A stretch of DNA of 64,000 nt from a virus. Positions within the stretch are counted from its first letter, which is position 1; each line of letters opens with the position of its first letter. The notes beneath the pieces were generated by a model. It ran no database searches. It was not told where the DNA came from and saw only the letters and a program-made list of their open reading frames with translations. Shown piece by piece: positions 39,755-48,785 of this stretch. The position numbers and the translations under genes are program-made. The stretch is taken from the IMG/VR virus record IMGVR_UViG_3300027631_000014, positions 12,809 through 76,808 of that record. One strand, 5' to 3'.

Positions 39755-40272
39755 TGAAAGAAGACGAAGATAATTTATGGTGTAACTACAGTGGAATGCC
39801 ATCACCTATGTCATATATGAGGTGTGATAAATGTGATGAAGTTACATACGAATGTAAATGTAAAGAAAAAACAAATATGAATAAAGAACAACAAGAGCTA
39901 TTGGATGAGGCTTATAAGAATTATAAAAGAATCACGCATGAAACTAATGAAAAGAATCATTATGGTGAGTATTCCAAATGGGGTGATAACCCACTAATCT
40001 CAGGGGTTCAGCATTTAACAAAAGATTCATTTATTCAAATGATAAAAATTAATTCTGAGTTCTCTGAAAAGTGGGGATTGAAAATTGATGAACGAGAGTT
40101 GAGTTTGGAAGAGAGAATGGACTTAATCGATAAAATGCACCTTCGTTCCTATTCTGGTTGGCAAAATTGGAGTGTCGAAGAAATGGAGGATCGAATGAAT
40201 AACGATTGGAATATCCCAACCCGACTAATTACAGTAACATATAATAATAAAACAATAGAAAGCTATGAGTAA
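39751..40272 (+). CDS. Stand-alone ThyA-insertion-like protein (likely start 39877) with in-frame Cys-rich upstream peptide
   Basis: AYKNY, FIQMIKINSEFSEKWG, RELSLEER and NIPTRLI match segments of the ThyA insertions. Confidence 0.65.
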   Translation: MMKEDEDNLWCNYSGMPSPMSYMRCDKCDEVTYECKCKEKTNMNKEQQELLDEAYKNYKRITHETNEKNHYGEYSKWGDNPLISGVQHLTKDSFIQMIKINSEFSEKWGLKIDERELSLEERMDLIDKMHLRSYSGWQNWSVEEMEDRMNNDWNIPTRLITVTYNNKTIESYE

Positions 40273-40666
40273 AACAATACCTGTAAAATACAATGACGAA
40301 ATTGTTGGATATACAACAGACGAAGGAAAGACAATTCAATTTAATGATAGCGATGCATCAAAAAGGGTGAACGAAATGCTTAGTCAAAAACAAACGGTAT
40401 GGGTTTCATCAAGAGCGATTGGTGAAATTAAAAGTGACAACACGGTTGAAGAAAAAGAAAAGATATCATACGATATATCACACTTTGAAAACACAACGAT
40501 AAAACAATTGAAAGTTATGAATAAAGAACAAGCAAAAGACGCACTAATTGAAGTGCTAATGAATCAAGTAATGGACTTATCAATGATGTCTAAAATTGAA
40601 TTAGGTGATGATGTAATCGCTGAAATTAAACGACTAAAAGAAATTATTAATGATCAGACTCATTAA
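40265..40666 (+). CDS. Hypothetical protein (apparent fusion of two cassettes; internal start 40517)
   Basis: Internal AAGTTATGAATAAAGAACAA repeats the start of the 39877 protein. Confidence 0.55.
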   Translation: MSKTIPVKYNDEIVGYTTDEGKTIQFNDSDASKRVNEMLSQKQTVWVSSRAIGEIKSDNTVEEKEKISYDISHFENTTIKQLKVMNKEQAKDALIEVLMNQVMDLSMMSKIELGDDVIAEIKRLKEIINDQTH

Positions 40667-40850
40667 AACACAAGAAGAACTTGAAGCATATCAAAAAGAG
40701 GTTCGTAACAGACAGTACGAAACAAATCCTGTGACAGCTGAGTTTGGTGATGGATTTGATAATCTAGAACCTTACAATTTTGATATTGAATACATAAAAA
40801 TAACAAGAGTTGATAATCACGAAATTATAGAACGAGTAAAATATGAATAA
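40650..40850 (+). CDS. Hypothetical protein
   Basis: 66 aa; ends YE* overlapping the next ATG. Confidence 0.5.
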   Translation: MIRLIKTQEELEAYQKEVRNRQYETNPVTAEFGDGFDNLEPYNFDIEYIKITRVDNHEIIERVKYE

Positions 40851-40998
40851 CCTAGATAAACTGACAGTAGATAAAGTGGATAAATTTCTTAAAGAATTGT
40901 CTGAGGCGAATGTCGGTATAAGAAGAAAGTTATTAGCCATGAAAAAATTTTTAGAGAAAGAAACTATATTATTAAATAACAATGAACAAACTAAATAA
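40843..40998 (+). CDS. Hypothetical protein (51 aa, MNNLDK start; not in ORF track)
   Basis: Open frame overlapping both neighbours; thyA-like 5' end. Confidence 0.5.
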   Translation: MNNLDKLTVDKVDKFLKELSEANVGIRRKLLAMKKFLEKETILLNNNEQTK

Positions 40999-41236
40999 AA
41001 CATACACAGACCCATTTCTAGGAGAAATAGAACTTTTAAAAGTTGGTGAAACATCTATGAACCTTATGGGTGAATCGGTAGTTCATACAATATACACAGA
41101 CAAATTTAATGGACATTACTATATTGATACTTGGACTACAACAGGGGGTGACCCAATTCCAATGAAGATAATACCTAAACGAGTAATAGATAAAATAATT
41201 CAAATAGAAAACGAAAAATTACCAAATGGAAAATAA
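40982..41236 (+). CDS. Hypothetical protein (MNKLNKTYTD start)
   Basis: First 31 nt are 27/31 identical to the thyA 5' end. Confidence 0.55.
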   Translation: MNKLNKTYTDPFLGEIELLKVGETSMNLMGESVVHTIYTDKFNGHYYIDTWTTTGGDPIPMKIIPKRVIDKIIQIENEKLPNGK

Positions 41237-41669
41237 ACTAGATAAAGAACTAATAACACTAACAAAAAGTGATGTAATGTTTCTTATAGCAAGTGCTATG
41301 GGTTATGGATGGAATGAAGCATCTTCACATAGAAGTATTGAAGAATGTAATAAACGAAAAGAATTAGAACAAGAAAGATTACTTGAATGGACTATACATT
41401 TATCTAATGGATTTCTTAAAGAACATACTCATCACAACCCATATGAAATGTATGATGTGAGTAAGGTTGAAAAATTAAAAGAAAAGTATAACTTTGAATT
41501 GATTGATGATGTAACTCATAGGATTAATGATAAACCTTATTTTGTAGAAAGTTACAATTCTGGTTTAATGCAATTTTTAGAGTCGTACAAAGATAAAAAA
41601 ATGTACATTTATAGTAAATCATTACCACTCAAGCCTTGGGCCACCACTATTAGAGCAATTGTAATTTAA
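41226..41669 (+). CDS. Hypothetical protein (MENKLDK start)
   Basis: 147 aa; shares aataaactagataaa with the thyA 5' end. Confidence 0.55.
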   Translation: MENKLDKELITLTKSDVMFLIASAMGYGWNEASSHRSIEECNKRKELEQERLLEWTIHLSNGFLKEHTHHNPYEMYDVSKVEKLKEKYNFELIDDVTHRINDKPYFVESYNSGLMQFLESYKDKKMYIYSKSLPLKPWATTIRAIVI

Positions 41670-41670
41670 A

Positions 41671-43110
41671 ATGAATAAACTAGATAAACAATACACAGAC
41701 CTACTCCAAGACATCTTAGATAATGGAGTAACAAAAAGTGACCGTACAGGCACAGGAACGCTATCAGTATTCGGAAGACAGATTCGTCATAAAATGAGTG
41801 ATGGGTTTCCTTTACTCACAACTAAAAAGATGGCTTGGAAATCAGTGGTAACTGAATTGTTATGGTTTTTAAGAGGAGATACCAACATCAAATACCTTGT
41901 AGATAATGGTTGTCATATTTGGGACGGTGATGTGTATAAGAATTACAGAAGTAAAGCCTCTATGAGTAACGATAAAGATTGTTTAGTTAGACAAGAAGAA
42001 GGTTCGTTGCTTAAAGAAATGAGACTTTTTACACAAGAAGAATTCATCAACAAAATAAAAACAGATGATGAGTTTGCTAATAAGTGGGGTGATTTAGGTC
42101 CCGTGTATGGGAAGCAATGGAGGAGTTGGGGTGAAAGATATTCATCTTGGGAAAAATTTGAAGGTGGGATTGTTCCTGATGGTGTAGAAATAAAAAGTTT
42201 TGTACACAAAGGATTAATGACAAGAAAAAAAATAAAAGGTATAGACCAAATCGCAAACCTTATCAACGACCTTAAAACAAACCCAGACTCAAGACGATTA
42301 ATGGTTTCAGCTTGGAATGTTGGAGAATTGGATTCAATGGTTCTTCCACCATGTCATTATGGATTTCAAGTTTATACAAGAGAGTTGAGTTATGAAGAAA
42401 GATGTGATGTGTTTCAATTTACTACTGATTTCAACAAGGAAACCAGAGAACACCTTAAAGAATTCAATAATGATATTATGAATGACTATAACACCCCAAC
42501 ACGAGCAATCTCTCTAATGTGGAATCAACGTTCAGTAGATACATTCTTAGGTTTACCATTCAATATAGCATCTTATGGTTTACTATTAGAAATCATCGCT
42601 AAAGCAGTTAATATGGTTCCTGATGAGCTAATTGGAAATTTAGGTGATGTACACCTTTACAGTAACCATGTTGAACAAGCAAAGGAACAGATTGGTAGAG
42701 AGCTGAGTTTAGAAGAAGTTAAAAAAATCTATATTGATTGGAGCTTGTTAAAAAGTTCTGGAGGTTATGCTGGTGATATTAAAGCAGATATTTGTGAATT
42801 CACTAATCAGATATTTATTGATGGGTGGAAAAATAATAAAGACCCTTTCACAGGTAAACCTTTAATTGAACTTGAATGTTTTTTATTAAACTCCATTCAC
42901 ACAAGGCAACCATTCCCATTACCAACATTAAACATCAATGCAGAGTTCTGGCCAACAGAAAATGGTTCATGTGGAGAAGGACCATTAGATGCTATAGCAA
43001 TATTTAACGGATTTAAAGATGATAATTTTTGTAAATGTTTATTAGAGGAAGATATACAATTAAGTAATTATGTATCTCATCCAAGCATTAAAGCACCTTT
43101 ATCAAATTAG
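41671..43110 (+). CDS. thyA: Thymidylate synthase with several large insertions
   Basis: DRTGTG, PLLTTK, ELLWF, GPVYGKQWR, LPPCH, QRSVD..LGLPFN, HLYSNH; 479 aa. Confidence 0.95.
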   Translation: MNKLDKQYTDLLQDILDNGVTKSDRTGTGTLSVFGRQIRHKMSDGFPLLTTKKMAWKSVVTELLWFLRGDTNIKYLVDNGCHIWDGDVYKNYRSKASMSNDKDCLVRQEEGSLLKEMRLFTQEEFINKIKTDDEFANKWGDLGPVYGKQWRSWGERYSSWEKFEGGIVPDGVEIKSFVHKGLMTRKKIKGIDQIANLINDLKTNPDSRRLMVSAWNVGELDSMVLPPCHYGFQVYTRELSYEERCDVFQFTTDFNKETREHLKEFNNDIMNDYNTPTRAISLMWNQRSVDTFLGLPFNIASYGLLLEIIAKAVNMVPDELIGNLGDVHLYSNHVEQAKEQIGRELSLEEVKKIYIDWSLLKSSGGYAGDIKADICEFTNQIFIDGWKNNKDPFTGKPLIELECFLLNSIHTRQPFPLPTLNINAEFWPTENGSCGEGPLDAIAIFNGFKDDNFCKCLLEEDIQLSNYVSHPSIKAPLSN

Positions 43111-43616
43111 CGATATTTATTAGTATGATACGATTAATTGATTTATTAAGAGAAGTCGGTGAAGGAACATCCCAAACGTATAAGTGGGAAGAGTTATCAT
43201 CTGATAGATGGTTTACAATTGTCAGTTTTACAACTGATTCTGAAACTGAGTATCAAGTTGAGCTAGAGTATTTTAAGAGTAGTTTCCCATTTGCAACTGG
43301 GTTACCTGGAATTGCACTAGAATTTGTAGCTAAACTTAAAGGAGAGGATGAGTTTTCAAACACTGTCGTAACAAATAAAGGAGAGGTGTATAAGGTAATG
43401 GCTACTATAGTTAATATAGTTCAGCAATACTTAAAAGACAATAAGATTATTACATATACACCAGAGAAGAAGGCGGGAGAAGAGTTTGGTAAGAAGAGAG
43501 ATAGTTTGTATAAAGCATTTATTACTAAAAAGTTTCCTAATGTGGAGTTTAAACAAGTGGGAGAGGTGATAATAGCAATCTTACCCAATCATTAATAAAG
43601 CACCTTTATCGAATTA
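43089..43616 (+). mobile_element. Gene cassette flanked by a 21-bp direct repeat of the thyA 3' end
   Basis: taaagcacctttatc(a/g)aatta at 43089-43109 and 43596-43616, each followed within a few bases by ATATTTATTA. Confidence 0.6.
43125..43595 (+). CDS. Hypothetical protein with MIRLxxLLRE leader (putative internal head protein)
   Basis: Similar to 30451..30906; preceded by ATATTTAT motif. Confidence 0.6.
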   Translation: MIRLIDLLREVGEGTSQTYKWEELSSDRWFTIVSFTTDSETEYQVELEYFKSSFPFATGLPGIALEFVAKLKGEDEFSNTVVTNKGEVYKVMATIVNIVQQYLKDNKIITYTPEKKAGEEFGKKRDSLYKAFITKKFPNVEFKQVGEVIIAILPNH

Positions 43617-43642
43617 AGTTATATTTATTATAAAACATAACC

Positions 43643-44302
43643 ATGAAACTAACACAAACATCATTCCCAGCAACACAGTATTTTACTGAGGAACACCCAA
43701 AAACACAAATATATTTACATCACACCGCTGGAAACCCAGATCCATTTGGAACATTTGGTTGGTGGACAAACAATCCTGAAAGAGTTGCAACATGCGTAAG
43801 TGTTGGAGGAAAGCCAAAAGTAAACTCTAAATGGGAAGATGGCGAAATAGTACAAGGATTCTCAAGTAAACAATGGGCTTACCATTTAGGACTAAAGCAA
43901 GACGTATTCAGCTACAATGGAGTACCTTACAAGTCACTAGACAAAATATCAATTGGTATTGAAATATGTAATTGGGGTCAACTATCTTACACAAATGGTA
44001 AATACTATAATTACGTTGGAGGTGTTGTTAAAGCTGATGAAGTATGTGAACTTGAAACTCCATTTAAAAAATATAAATTCTTTCATAACTACACAGATGC
44101 TCAAATTGAGGCAGTTAGAGAGTTGTTAGTGTTATGGAATTTAAAATACAACATTCCTTTAAAATACAATGAAGATGTTTGGGATATAAGTAAACGTGCT
44201 TTAAAAGGCGAACCGGGTGTTTACACCCACAACAGTGTTCGTAAAGACAAAGTAGATATCTATCCTCATCCTAAAATGATTGCAATGTGGAAATCTTTAT
44301 AG
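43643..44302 (+). CDS. N-acetylmuramoyl-L-alanine amidase (endolysin candidate)
   Basis: IYLHHTAG, AYHLG, SIGIEIC, YTDAQI, THNSVRKDKVD. Confidence 0.88.
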   Translation: MKLTQTSFPATQYFTEEHPKTQIYLHHTAGNPDPFGTFGWWTNNPERVATCVSVGGKPKVNSKWEDGEIVQGFSSKQWAYHLGLKQDVFSYNGVPYKSLDKISIGIEICNWGQLSYTNGKYYNYVGGVVKADEVCELETPFKKYKFFHNYTDAQIEAVRELLVLWNLKYNIPLKYNEDVWDISKRALKGEPGVYTHNSVRKDKVDIYPHPKMIAMWKSL

Positions 44303-44329
44303 TAAATTAAATTAACAAATATTTTAAAG

Positions 44330-44354
44330 AGGCTTGGTTTACCAAGCCTTTTTT
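44330..44354 (+). terminator. Intrinsic terminator overlapping the next promoter (CTTGG-N19-TATATTTA, 44333-44364)
   Basis: aggcttgg / ccaagcct stem followed by a T run. Confidence 0.8.
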
Positions 44355-44380
44355 CTTATATTTAAATAAAAAATAAAGTT

Positions 44381-44857
44381 ATGGAAAAAAAACAAATACC
44401 ATTTATCTCCGAAGTAGAGACATTTAATGAAGTAATGGGTAAAGGTTGGCAGAACAGAACTACTCCAACTATTGATCCTAAAGATGCACAATTTGTAATT
44501 GACTTCATAACTGAAGAACTTGATGAATTAAAGCAAGCAGTAGAAGAAAACGACATAGTAGGAGTATTAGATGCTATATTAGATATTACTTATGTAGGAT
44601 TAGGAAATGGTGCTTTGGTGTTTGGTTTAAAAGATAAAATCGAACCAGGTTATGCTGAAGTACAAGCATCTAATTTATCTAAGGTTTGTAAAACAGAAGA
44701 AGAAGCAAATCAAACAGTTATTAAACGTTCTAAAGAACAAGATGAACCATGTCACTTTGAAAAAATAGGAGACTATTGGATTGTGTATAGAACTAGGGAT
44801 ATGAAGGTAATGAAATCAATAAATTATTTTAAACCAGATTTAAAGAAATTCTTTTAA
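44381..44857 (+). CDS. MazG-like/all-alpha NTP pyrophosphohydrolase
   Basis: EELDEL, DAILDITYV, EVQASNLSK, KVMKS..YFKPDL. Confidence 0.85.
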   Translation: MEKKQIPFISEVETFNEVMGKGWQNRTTPTIDPKDAQFVIDFITEELDELKQAVEENDIVGVLDAILDITYVGLGNGALVFGLKDKIEPGYAEVQASNLSKVCKTEEEANQTVIKRSKEQDEPCHFEKIGDYWIVYRTRDMKVMKSINYFKPDLKKFF

Positions 44858-44860
44858 TAA

Positions 44861-47449
44861 ATGTATCAATCAATTTACTACGATTTTAGTACTTATACTT
44901 ATCACTTAAGAGATGATAAATTAGGATGGTCTGAATTTCAGTACCAACCTACTTATTGGAGACGAGTTGATGAATGGCAAGAAAATGCTCAACCTGTATT
45001 AACAGGAGGATGGGCTGTTCCTACTAAAAAATATAGTAAAGAAGATACTAACTTGTTAGAAAAAGATATTAGTAAAGAGTTACTTGTATTGAGGGAACTA
45101 TATTACAAACTTGATGATGTAGTACCTTCATTCCATAACATTGTCCATTTAGATATTGAGATTGAAATGGGAGGAGCATTAACACCAGAATATGTTAAAG
45201 CTGCTCCTATGCCCATTACTTCTATTGCTTTAATAGATATGACTACAAAAACAAAAATATGTTTTATTGTAGACAAAAGCAAAGAAATAGAAGAATATAA
45301 TCAAGAAGGTAAACATATCATTCCTTGCCATTCAGAAAAAGAACTAATTAAAAAATTCTTAGATAAATGGGAAGAACTAGATCCAACTATTGTAATAGGA
45401 TGGAATAGTGCTTACTTTGATATACCTTATGTTTACCATAGGTTTAAACAAGTAGTAGGTGGAGAACAAGTATTACGTTTATCTCCAATTAAGAAAATCA
45501 ATGTAAGAGATTTTGCTGGTGAAACACAAATCACTATAGGAGGAATCAATCACTTAGATTACATGTTACTTCATAAAAAGTATATTATGAAGGAAGAGCC
45601 ATCATATAAATTAAATGATATTGGTTTAAAATATGTTAAATTAGGTAAAATTGAATATGAAGGTAACTTAAATACGTTGTTTAAAAACGATTTAAATGCG
45701 TTTATAGAATATAATTTACGTGACGTAGAAATTATAGAGAAATTAGAGGAAAAGCTTAAATTTATTGAATTAACGATAATGATTTCCCACATCTGTAATA
45801 TACCTTATGAAAGTATTTACTACAACACTGTAATGAATGAGGGTGCTATTTTAAAGCATCTTAAACGTGAAGGTATTGTTTCACCAAATAAACCAACTAC
45901 TCACAATCCGATGCTAAAATCGAATACTGAGTCTTATGCTGGTGGGTATTTACTTGAACCCATACCCGGTTTGTATTTTGATGTTATTGATTTGGACTTT
46001 ACCTCACTATATCCTTCCATTATTAAGTCACTTAATTTAGGTATTGAAACATTAGTAGGTCGAATTAGAGTAGAAGACAATCCAACTTATGAACAAAACC
46101 ACTCATTAGAAAAACTTAAATTAAGAGATCCTGATGAGAAAATTGTTGTTGAAAGATTAAATAAAGAAACCTACACTCTTAAATCAGCACAAATCAAAAT
46201 AGGAGACTTAATTAAATTAATTGAAAAAAATGATTACACAATAGCAGCATCAGGTGCTATGTTTAGGACTGATGAAAAAAGTGTTGTATCAACTATTTTA
46301 GCAGGTTGGTTTGATAAACGAGAGCATTATAGAGGTTTAAAGAAAAAAGCAGGTGGAGAAGAGGATTGGGCAAATTATAAATTATATGACTTGTTCCAAC
46401 ACGCCTTTAAAATCTTACAAAATGCAATGTATGGTACATTTGCTATTCACGGATGGAGATATACTGATGGTCAATTAATTTGTAGTGCTGCTATTACTAA
46501 TTCAGGACAAAGACTAACTTGTGAATCAATTGACTTTGTTAACAATAAAATAAACACTGAATTAAAAGCAGAAAAACAACATATTTGCATTTCAGATACA
46601 GATTCACTTTATATAGTATTAGGTGACTTACTTAAACATAGATACCCAAATTTCAAACCTGAAGAGAAAAACGATAAAATATTATTACTAGCCCAGGAAA
46701 TTCAAAACGAAGCAAATGCTGACTTAAATCGTATTTGTAAAAGTTTATTTAACATTGAACCAAACACCCACTACTTTCAATTAAAACAAGAGGTAATATG
46801 TGCTGGAGTATTAACTACAGGTAAACGAAGATATGCAATGTATGTTACTAATAAAGAAGGTGTTGCAGTAGAAGAACTAGACATGAAAGGACTTGAATTA
46901 ATGAAGTCTAATATGAATAAATTATTTAAAAAATTTGGAGAGGATTTTATTAAGAATATATTGTTTGGTAAACCTAAACCTGAAATAGATAATGATATAA
47001 TTACATTTTATAAAACATTAAAAACACTAGATCCTAGATCATTAGGTAAACCTACAGGGGTAAAACAAATTCATAACTACCATATACCTGCTAGATCAGG
47101 AGATATGTTTAGTTCATTTAGATTAAAAGCACCTGCAAATACAAAAGCAGCAGTACGTTACAATGACTTACTTAGATTTAAAAAACTAGATAAAAAGTAT
47201 GAATCAATTATAGAGGGTGATAAATTGTTTATTATTAACTTAAAGAAAAATCCTTACAACTTAGAAACAATTGGTTTACCAAACGCCCAAGTACCTCCTG
47301 TAATAGAAGAATTTGTTAAAACATATATTGATGTTGAGGAAATATTTGACTCGTTGTTAGCAAATAAGTTAAAGTCACTTTATGGAGATTTAAAATGGGA
47401 TTTTCCAGCACTTAACCCAAATGTTAAAAAATTCTTTGCTTTCAACTAA
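44861..47449 (+). CDS. Family B DNA polymerase
   Basis: Exo LDIE, GWN...FDIPY, YNLRD; Pol DFTSLYPS, KILQNAMYG, DTDS, KRRY. Confidence 0.95.
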   Translation: MYQSIYYDFSTYTYHLRDDKLGWSEFQYQPTYWRRVDEWQENAQPVLTGGWAVPTKKYSKEDTNLLEKDISKELLVLRELYYKLDDVVPSFHNIVHLDIEIEMGGALTPEYVKAAPMPITSIALIDMTTKTKICFIVDKSKEIEEYNQEGKHIIPCHSEKELIKKFLDKWEELDPTIVIGWNSAYFDIPYVYHRFKQVVGGEQVLRLSPIKKINVRDFAGETQITIGGINHLDYMLLHKKYIMKEEPSYKLNDIGLKYVKLGKIEYEGNLNTLFKNDLNAFIEYNLRDVEIIEKLEEKLKFIELTIMISHICNIPYESIYYNTVMNEGAILKHLKREGIVSPNKPTTHNPMLKSNTESYAGGYLLEPIPGLYFDVIDLDFTSLYPSIIKSLNLGIETLVGRIRVEDNPTYEQNHSLEKLKLRDPDEKIVVERLNKETYTLKSAQIKIGDLIKLIEKNDYTIAASGAMFRTDEKSVVSTILAGWFDKREHYRGLKKKAGGEEDWANYKLYDLFQHAFKILQNAMYGTFAIHGWRYTDGQLICSAAITNSGQRLTCESIDFVNNKINTELKAEKQHICISDTDSLYIVLGDLLKHRYPNFKPEEKNDKILLLAQEIQNEANADLNRICKSLFNIEPNTHYFQLKQEVICAGVLTTGKRRYAMYVTNKEGVAVEELDMKGLELMKSNMNKLFKKFGEDFIKNILFGKPKPEIDNDIITFYKTLKTLDPRSLGKPTGVKQIHNYHIPARSGDMFSSFRLKAPANTKAAVRYNDLLRFKKLDKKYESIIEGDKLFIINLKKNPYNLETIGLPNAQVPPVIEEFVKTYIDVEEIFDSLLANKLKSLYGDLKWDFPALNPNVKKFFAFN

Positions 47450-47469
47450 AAATTACTTATATTTAAATT

Positions 47470-48210
47470 ATGATATCAAAAATAGAATTACAAAATACAA
47501 TTAGTAAATACTACCTAAACGGATTAGTAGAAGCAGTTAAATGGGAAATTAAAGATAAAAAACTAAGTGTAAAGTATACTTCACCAACCAAAGAAATGAT
47601 TGGTGAAGTTACTCACACTAACTTTACTTTAGAAAACTCAACCATAGGTATTTCAAATACATCCCAACTACTAAAACTAATAGGAATTACAGGAGGAGAT
47701 GTAATGTTAAATTACATTAAAAACAATAAAGTATTTACCAAACTAATCATTTCAGACAATCAATTTACAGCTAACTATACATTAGCAGATATATTAACTA
47801 TCCCTAAAACAGGTGACTATGCTGGACCAGATGTTTACAACTTAGAAACATCACTTGATAAAGAGATGATATTGGCTTTAATTAAAGCAAAATCTGCTTT
47901 AGATGATAGTAAAACAGTAATGTTAAAACCTACCACTGACATGGAAGGTGAGTTTTTATTAGAGTTAATATTTGGTGGTGATATAGAATATTCAAATAAA
48001 GTATCTTATTACTTACCTAACTTTGTTAAAAACAATGTACCGTATGACTTTACATTAGGGTTTAGTTCTGACTTACTTAAAGAAATATTAGTAGCAAATA
48101 AAGATGCTGAAAAAGCTAAAATGTCAATTAATTTAGAAGGTTTAATGAAATTGGAATTTGAAACAACAAACGTTAAATCAGTGTATTACATAGTCCAAAA
48201 AGAAATATAA
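47470..48210 (+). CDS. Sliding clamp (gp45-like)
   Basis: 246 aa with alternating beta/alpha pattern; directly after PolB; ends GLMKLEF...YY. Confidence 0.7.
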   Translation: MISKIELQNTISKYYLNGLVEAVKWEIKDKKLSVKYTSPTKEMIGEVTHTNFTLENSTIGISNTSQLLKLIGITGGDVMLNYIKNNKVFTKLIISDNQFTANYTLADILTIPKTGDYAGPDVYNLETSLDKEMILALIKAKSALDDSKTVMLKPTTDMEGEFLLELIFGGDIEYSNKVSYYLPNFVKNNVPYDFTLGFSSDLLKEILVANKDAEKAKMSINLEGLMKLEFETTNVKSVYYIVQKEI

Positions 48211-48440
48211 TGTTCACAATATCAAAACAAATAGTAGACTGGAATGGAGATCTATATTCAGTTAAAAGAGTCCTTAAAGAAACATCTATTAAGGAAGAAT
48301 TCACACAAGAATACAAAGAATATTTAGGTGCTGATGTAGTTCTAAAGAAAAACGGAATGTATTACTTTGTTGAAAAAATTGACGAAGCTCAAATAGTTGA
48401 GGAAGAAAAACTAGAGCTTGATGAAACAACTGAAGTTTAA
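48210..48440 (+). CDS. Hypothetical protein
   Basis: 76 aa with acidic tail. Confidence 0.55.
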   Translation: MFTISKQIVDWNGDLYSVKRVLKETSIKEEFTQEYKEYLGADVVLKKNGMYYFVEKIDEAQIVEEEKLELDETTEV

Positions 48441-48482
48441 TATATTTATACCAGTAAAACAAGTTATAAAAAAATAAAATCT

Positions 48483-48776
48483 ATGTCAAAATTACAAGCT
48501 GTATTCAACAGCATTATCGTTAGACCTCAAGAAGAGGAAGAAACAACTTATGGTTCAATCGTTGTTCCAGATTTAGGAAAAGAAAAAGGATTACGTGGTA
48601 CTATTGTATCTGTAGGACCTGGTTACTATTGTGCAACAGGAGAATTTGTACCTACAACTCTTAAAGAAGGACAGCAAGTCATTTTACCAGCAGTAGGTCC
48701 ATCAAAAGTAGAACTAGATGGTCAAGAATATTGGTCATGTGGTGAAAATGTAGTATTAGCAATTATTAACGATTAA
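48483..48776 (+). CDS. groES: Co-chaperonin GroES
   Basis: TTYGSIVVPD mobile loop, GTIVSVGPG, LKEGQQV, VLAII. Confidence 0.9.
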   Translation: MSKLQAVFNSIIVRPQEEEETTYGSIVVPDLGKEKGLRGTIVSVGPGYYCATGEFVPTTLKEGQQVILPAVGPSKVELDGQEYWSCGENVVLAIIND

Positions 48777-48785
48777 AATCAAGTT

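Noticed and set aside
41671-43110. Inteins or introns explaining the long thyA
   Set aside because: The frame is continuous; the inserts are short and lack Cys/Ser...His-Asn splice motifs or endonuclease motifs
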